A DNA stretch of 50,862 nucleotides, filler included, from Catajapyx aquilonaris (taxonomy: Eukaryota), in assembly GCA_000934665.2 (NCBI GenBank). It is 2 parts of 2 records of this genome, joined end to end, with 100 filler letters (N's around TTAATTAATTAA, not from the genome) between each part and the next. Parts side by side here need not be neighbours in the genome. Positions count along the whole stretch, not along the records: positions 25,614 to 50,862 come from KZ539347.1; 1 more part is not named here. One strand, written 5' to 3'. Positions within the stretch are counted from its first letter, which is position 1, and every line of letters starts with the position of its first letter. Below the pieces are notes generated by a model. The model was not told the origin of the DNA. It did no database searches and was given only the letters and a program-made list of their open reading frames with translations. Positions 44,121-50,862 of this stretch are shown in pieces. The position numbers and the translations under genes were made by a program.

Positions 44121-45179
44121 ATGCCGGGGGACGACGAGATAATCCCACCCCAAATCAAAGCACTTAATCTAGGGTTTGTGAGCGCACTCCCTAACTACTC
44201 GGGCCCACCCAAAGGTGGCGATATAACAGAGTTCCTCAGCAAAGTGAAATTAGCAGCAAAATTCTCAGGATGGGACGATGAGCATACTGTAGACATCATA
44301 AAGTTTAAGCTGACCGGAGCCGCGCAGCAATTCATAACTTCAGATGTGACTCTCAATGCAACCAAGAGCGTTGCGGAACTAGAAAAAGGGCTGACAAACA
44401 GATTCGGAAATATTGAAAATATGGCAATATTGATACAAAGATTGGCTGAAATGCGCCAAGAGGAGGGAGAAGGAGTTAAAGCGTTCGGAACTAGGATCCG
44501 CGACCTAGGTAGCAGATTGCTAATTGCGGCGCAGATGCAATGCAAGGCAGGGGAACAGGAAACCGGGGCACAGGAGTCGGTAATGTTGAAAGCACAGTTG
44601 CTTGCGCAATTTATCCGGGGTCTTAGGTCATCCGAAATAAAAAGCCCATTAAACTGGAATGAAATTGCTACCCTTGATGAAGCGATAGAAAAGGCAGCAT
44701 TACAGGAGGCAAATGAGGTCATATTTGGGGGAAAACTAAGGGGGATCAGAAGCGTAGAGAACGCCCCCGAGGAGGCGACAGGCGGTGGAGAAAGGATAGA
44801 GAAGATAGAGAAGCTACTGTGGCAGATAGTGGGTATGATAGGTGCTCCAAATCAGGCTGCAACAGCAGTAGCTGCGCCACCTGCCATGCAAGGCCAGGCA
44901 AATCCCCAATTGCAGCAGCAAGGTGGCCATAACGCCTATTTTGGTCAAGGCAACAATAGGCCGAGTAATGGTCAGCACAATGGAGCCGGGCAATTTGCCA
45001 ACATCTCCTGTAGGAATTGTGGACGAGCTGGGCACAGCGCTAGACTTTGTAAGCAACCATGGAGATGCTTCATTTGTAACAGTCCCCAGCATCTGGCAAG
45101 AAATTGTGAAAAAAACAATCAGCAGCCACATCCCACGCAGTCGGGAAACGGGCAGAACCCGCAGGCCTTTCGTGGGTAG
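44121..45179 (+). CDS. gag: Gag (capsid plus two CCHC zinc knuckles), 352 aa
   Basis: LPNYSG...EFLSKV...KLTGAA, RQEEGEGVKAFGTRI and QFIRGL capsid motifs; CRNCGRAGHSARLC and CFICNSPQHLARNC. Confidence 0.92.
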   Translation: MPGDDEIIPPQIKALNLGFVSALPNYSGPPKGGDITEFLSKVKLAAKFSGWDDEHTVDIIKFKLTGAAQQFITSDVTLNATKSVAELEKGLTNRFGNIENMAILIQRLAEMRQEEGEGVKAFGTRIRDLGSRLLIAAQMQCKAGEQETGAQESVMLKAQLLAQFIRGLRSSEIKSPLNWNEIATLDEAIEKAALQEANEVIFGGKLRGIRSVENAPEEATGGGERIEKIEKLLWQIVGMIGAPNQAATAVAAPPAMQGQANPQLQQQGGHNAYFGQGNNRPSNGQHNGAGQFANISCRNCGRAGHSARLCKQPWRCFICNSPQHLARNCEKNNQQPHPTQSGNGQNPQAFRG

Positions 45180-48100
45180 GCAACCGGGTGGTACAGTTGA
45201 GCAACCCACACAATCTTAGGAGTCAATCATCCCCCTACATTCGCGTGAGCATTCAAGGGCAAGTAGGAACTTTTCTTGTAGATACAGGGGCTCGTGCTTG
45301 CCTAATAAAGTCCAAGTTGGTACACCTGAGAGATGGGACTATTGATGAGAGGGTACAAAGTAAATTGGTAGGAATAACGGGCGACCCGTTAGAAATTCAA
45401 GGGAAGGGCCAGTTTACTCTGCACATTGGGCCTGTGAAGATATCTCATATGTTCTGGGTGTGCGACCAGGGGCTGAATGCGCATGCGGATGGAGTAATCG
45501 GGCAAGATTTACTCGGGCGCCTAAGGGCTGACATATTGCTGAGTAGAGATGTCTTGAGGGTAGATAACACAGATATACCGTTGAAATATGAGGACGAACC
45601 TCCGCCCAACAACACCGTGGGTACAATTACACTACGATGGACAGACGTTAGGGCCATACCAGCAAGATCGGAAATGCTTGCACAAGGAACGCTGAACCAG
45701 TATGTACCAACGGGCACCGAACTATTAATAGAGGCTGTGGGAACGGAACTAATGGGCCTAGCCGTGGCCAGTACACTAGTCCAAGTAAAAGAAGGAGGCA
45801 GGGTTTCCATCAGAGCTATGAATACGGGGAGCGTGGAGCTCAGAGTGCCAAAAGGTACAACTGTAGGACGGGCCAGCACAGCCACAGTAGTTAAAAATGT
45901 AGCAACAACGGAACAAAATGCAGGGGCAGATTGGAAAGAGCTTAAGACCGGACCACTAGAAAGGGACGAGAAGGATTTACTTTTCAACCTGCTGAACCAC
46001 TATCAGGACGTGTTCCAACATGAGGGGAGTAATTTGGGGCATACCAAGGTCGTTCAGCACAAGATCGACACTGGGAACGCCCGCCCTGTGTGTCAGAAAC
46101 CATATAGAGTCCCGGAAGGACAGAAGATGGCTCTGAAAGAATGCGTCCAGGAAATGGTCCAGCAGGGGATCGTGGAGCCGACAATATCTCCGTGGTCAGC
46201 GCCAGTAGTGTTAGTGGCGAAGAAGGGAGGTGGGATCAGATTTTGCGTGGATTATCGCGGACTTAATGAGGTCACCAAACGCGACATTTACCCATTGCCC
46301 AATATCACCGAGACACTAGACCACCTGGGGGGCGCTAAGTTCTTCTCCTCGCTTGACCTGTATTCGGGTTATTGGCAGGTCCAGTTATGCCCGGAGGACA
46401 AGGAGAAGACTGCCTTCACTTTACCTTCTCAGAGGTTCCAGTTTACTAGAATGCCATTCGGATTAGTGAACGCGCCCTCTACATTCCAGAAATTAATGGA
46501 TACGATATTGGCAGGGTTGAAAGATGAAATTTGCTTGGTATACTTAGACGATATTATCGTGTTTTCAAGGACGTTCCAGGAACACTTAGATAGGCTCGCG
46601 GGAGTATTTCAAAGGTTGAGAGAAGCAGGATTGCGCCTGAAGACTTCGAAGTGTAATTTTTTCCAGGAAAAAGTTGACTTAGGCCACGTGGTGTCAAAGG
46701 AAGGCGTCCAACCCAACCCGGAAAAAGTCCGTGCCATTCAGCAGTACCCTATGCCACGTAATAAGAAGGAGATTAGGCAATTTTTGGGCCTAGCGGGATT
46801 TTATAGGCGGTACATTAAGAACTTCTCGGGCATTGCAAAACCCTTGACGTCACTCACAAAAGATAAGATCACGTTTCAGTGGACGGAAAAGGAACAAGAG
46901 GCGTTTGACCTACTCAGGAATGCACTGATTAGCTACCCAGTGTTACGTTGTCCGGATTATTCATTGCCATTTATAGTATCCACTGATGCCTCTAAAATTT
47001 CGCTAGGAGGGACATTATCGCAACAGTTTGGAAATGAGGAACACCCTATAGCGTACATTAGCAGGCAGCTCAACAATGCTGAGGTCAATTACACGACCAC
47101 TGAACAAGAATGCCTTGCAGCGGTATGGGCAATGAAAACATTCCGTTGTTATTTGTATGGTAGGCGGTTCACTCTTATCACTGACCACGCCCCCTTAAAA
47201 TGGCTGATGAACTTGAAGGATCCCTCCTCCAGATTGGCACGATGGTCGGTAGCTTTGCAGGATTTTGATTACACGGTCATTCATAAGCCAGGGATTACGC
47301 ATAACAACGTAGACAGTTTGTCTCGCATCAGGATAGACCACGTGAATAAGGAACCGGAGGTGGTGTGGGATAGAGACAGGATTAGAAAAGAGCAGGGAGA
47401 GGACAACCATTGTAAGAAACTGGCTGAGAATTTGAGGAATGCGCAGGGCCCGGAGGGTCAGGAGTACTATTTAAGTGAAGGCCTGCTCTACAAACGCCAG
47501 GGGCGACACGAGGTTTTGGTAGTACCCAAAACGATGATCGGAAAGATAATTGGGCAAATGCACTGTCCTGTTTTCTCCGCGCACTTAGGATTTAACAAGA
47601 CGTTGGCAAAAGTTAGGCAAGGGTTCACCTGGCCGGGCATGACCCGAGATATTAAGGAATTCATAAAAAGATGCCATTCTTGTCAAAAGTTCAAGCAGCC
47701 TAAGGCAGTGGGAGATTCCCCCTTGCAAAAATACCCAGAAGTAACGGCGCCATTCGAGAGATTAGGAATGGATTTCATGGGTCCATTTCCGGCAACAATC
47801 AACGGCAACAAACACATCCTGGTATTAACTGACTATTGGAGCAAATACCCCGAGGCATTTGCCCTGCCAGACCAAAAGGCGGCGACGGTCGCCAAGGTGG
47901 TTGTAAATGAGGTCATATCTAGGCATGGAGTTTGTTCTCAATTAATTACCGACAGGGGCACCAATTTCACATCAGCACTGATGAAGGAGATATGTAGCTT
48001 GTTAGGCGTTAATGCGATACAGACCACCCCTTATCATGCAGCCGCAAATGGTCAGGTGGAAAGATTTAATCAGACATTAATTGGCATGTTAAAACATTAC

Positions 48101-48900
48101 GTCGACACTGACCAACGGACATGGGACGAGAGCCTGCCACTTGTTTTGATGGCGTACAGGAGCGCAGTACAGGAATCTACCCGGGAGACGCCATTTTTTT
48201 AACACATGGGAGAGATATGCAACTGCCCTTTGATGACATCCTTCAACCCCGTCGCATTCACTATGGTGTAGGCGACAACCCCAAGGCGGAGCTGCTCCTC
48301 CGCCTGCAATTAGCTTTCGAGGTGGTGAAGGAAAATTTGCAGAAAGCTTTTGATAAGCAAAAGCGGAACCATGACGCTAAGTCTAAATCCAAAAAGATTA
48401 GCGTCGGGGACCTTGTACTTTTGTACACACCCCGCCCCAGGAAAGGGAAAAGCCCTAAGCTGCAGAGTATGTGGGATGGCCCATACAGAGTCTTAAAGCA
48501 GAGTAGTCCTGTCACATATGAGATTAAAAAGTGCAGCGGAGGTAAAAGCCAGGTGGTGCACCTTGACCGCATCAGGTCCTATTACCCGAGGGAGCCATTC
48601 CCATTCAGAAACAGTGAGCAGCCGCCGGCCGAAAAGGAGGCCAACTCTGACAACCCACCTGCCTCTGACCCCGAGCCTGACCCTGACACAGTGGTTGATG
48701 ATATTTGGGTCTGGGTCGAGAACGGTCAAGCAGAACCCCAACCTAATCCCCGCCCCAGCACCCCAACACCCCAACACCCCCCTCCCCCTACCAGCTCCGA
48801 AGTCGGGGCAGTGTCAATGACCTCCCATGGGTGGCAGGAACCCACTCCAGAAGAAATTAAAAATTTTGAGGCTATAGTTAATAAGGTAGTGGTAAGCTAA
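45143..48900 (+). CDS. pol: Pol (protease, RT, RNase H, integrase), entered by -1 frameshift; one additional frameshift near 48200
   Basis: FLVDTGA protease; RFCVDYRGLN and VYLDDIIVFS RT; TDAS, TTTEQEC and TDHAPL RNase H; HHCC (H..H..CHSC), MDF, TDRG and GQVERFN integrase. The GPY-type C-terminal domain WDGPYRV continues in ORF 48121-48900. Confidence 0.93.
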
Positions 48901-48963
48901 TGTAAATAATCTAGAATAATTTCAGCACACACACAAATCAGCTTCAGCGGGAGAGAGTCCATT

Positions 48964-50222
48964 ATGGAGGAACTACGCTTGTTAGTACTGGTGGCGACGG
49001 TGCTACTGATGGCACCAGGAGGTACCTTCCAAGATGAACAGCAGGTGGTGATGCGAGAAGGCATGGCATTCATACCCCAGGGGACATTCCTTTTGTCTGG
49101 GAGTCGTTGGGTCCTCGTAACAGATATTAATTTTGAGCCATATAAAGCAACATTAAATGTACTAAAGGCAGATTTTAACACGTTTGACAGATTTTTGAAA
49201 AAGGAAGAGTCACGAGAAAAAACTCAACAACCAGTAACAAGGGATTTAAAGCACTGATCAGTTATCTGGAGTTAAAAGAAAAGGACCATTTGCTCAACGA
49301 AACCTATAGATTGCAGGGTATGCTGTCAGGACTCACAGATTCATTTACAATAAGTAGTGGACGAAGTAAAAGAGGGGTCATTAATGGAGCTGGTAGTGTA
49401 CTCAAATGGATGTTTGGTACGTTGGACGACTCAGACTTGACAGCCATTAACCAGAAAATAGAAGAGTTGGATAGAAGTAAAGGAGAGACGTTGCATTTAC
49501 TTGAAAACCAGACGAGCCTCTTAGGCCAAGTAAATGACCATACTATAAGGAATACCAGGCTTAATGACAGACTTGCAAACATTACAAAATACTTGACTGT
49601 ATCATTGGCAGCACTAGCCCAAGATGTTGGTGAGACAACTAATGACTTTGGCGACAGAATAACGTACTTAGCAAGAATTGACTATTACTTAAGAGAAGTT
49701 GAATCAGCCTTGGCCCAGTGTCGCTCGGACATTACACAACTCATCCATGCAATTGATTTAGCAGCGATGGGTAAATTGAGTCCTTATGTAATCAGCCCAC
49801 CTGAATTCCTAAAAGCACTTGCAGAAATTAAAAATAAACTACCCCGTCAATTAAACTTTGTAATTCCTAACACAAGAGAATTTTTATACGAATATTATAA
49901 ATGGGCTAGAGTACATGCAGCAGCAACACGAAGGGGACTCAGATTGTTTATTGAGTTACCATTAAAATCAAATTTACAAACGTATCAATTATACAAGGTA
50001 TTGGCGTGGCCTTCCTTGTTGCATAAAAATGAACATGCTATTGTAATCCACCCCGAAGCACCTTTCCTGGCAATTTCACATGACCAGCAGACCTACATGG
50101 AGCTGAGGGAGAGCGATATGGCTAAATGCACCGACGGACCTATGAAGATTTGCTCCCCTGACACACCCATTTTTCCCCACCCCACACCATCCTGCCTCTA
50201 TAGCCCAGTCATTTTAGATTAA
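48964..50222 (+). pseudogene. env: env-like fusion glycoprotein (baculovirus F / errantivirus env family), frameshifted near 49250 and truncated
   Basis: Signal peptide MEELRLLVLVATVLLM; furin site plus fusion peptide RSKR|GVINGAGSVLKWMFGTLDDSD; heptads; GKLSPYVISP and IELPL motifs. No TM anchor before the sequence changes character. Confidence 0.85.
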
Positions 50223-50862
50223 ATTTTGGTCGAACCTTAAAAAAATTAGTGTAAAGCTGGAAATTGGTACAGAGGTACTCTTTGACCCCCTGAACAAGAC
50301 ACTAAAAGTCCTGAGAAATCCGAAGACCGGAACATGGTTTTTAACAAGCATAAAGGTCCTAAGTGACAAAAACATCGACATTTCACTCCAGAGTGAGCAG
50401 TTTGGCTCGAAATCACCCCAGAATGCTCGTAAGTAACTTGTTTTAAACGTGAGGGTGTGGGTGTAATCACAGATCCAAACTTTGACCGGAAGAATTTAAA
50501 AAACAGTAAGAAAAGGTCATTTTATTAAATATTACAAATACAGGTTATATGATTACACAGGCCAACAAAATTGAATATTTATCTTGGGTTCCTTGAAGGT
50601 TAGACCCATTTTAGCGTATATCTGTGGCGCTGATTCCAAAACTGGCATCCGTTGTGCCCCATCAGCGCTGGGTTTTGAGATTATTATAACGTTTTAAAGT
50701 TTGGACCGGTTTACTTTCCGAATCAAGTGAGCCGAAATCTTTTTACATCTTCTCAGATCTTGGTAAAAATAATCACAGATGTACAGATATATGCCATATC
50801 TGCATATCAAATTTCACCCACATTGCGCAATACCATTTGGAGGGAAAATATTGAGAAACTTT
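50215..50862. mobile_element. Unclassified repeat-like sequence replacing the 3' end of the gypsy element
   Basis: Abrupt loss of env coding, no PPT or LTR, AT-rich with motifs like GCGCTGATTCCAAAACTGGCATCCG that I associate with non-autonomous DNA elements. Confidence 0.4.

Larger units (their letters stand above)
43245..50210 (+). mobile_element. Ty3/gypsy LTR retrotransposon / endogenous retrovirus-like element with env, 3'-truncated
   Basis: Order is LTR, PBS, gag, pol (PR-RT-RH-IN), env. The env breaks off near 50210 and no 3' LTR is seen in the window. Confidence 0.93.

Overview
Eukaryotic, intron-containing DNA, most likely from an arthropod (insect-like), with two very different halves. 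The first half (1-24.5 kb) is gene-dense. It holds a housekeeping-type promoter with DRE, NRF1/Ewg and YY1/Pho motifs, a complete 7-exon YTHDF m6A-reader gene (+, about 669 aa), and a tandem cluster of four divergent ionotropic receptor (IR) genes. Three IRs are intronless; the fourth looks broken in the ORF track but is an intact gene with three ~60-nt introns that its neighbours lack. A 12-exon minus-strand gene resembling C10orf67 (DUF4709/DUF4724 coiled-coil protein) follows, with four hairpin MITEs in its introns. After an artificial 100-nt gap spacer (25514-25613) the sequence becomes transposon-rich: a Helitron PIF1 relic, three tRNA-SINE families, piggyBac-like foldback elements and many MITEs. 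These surround four exons of an unusually diverged TAF1-like gene. The window ends in a Ty3/gypsy element with a 5' LTR, tRNA-Ser PBS, two-CCHC gag, a -1 frameshift into pol and a truncated baculovirus-F-like env. All calls come from reading the sequence and from recalled family motifs; no searches were run.
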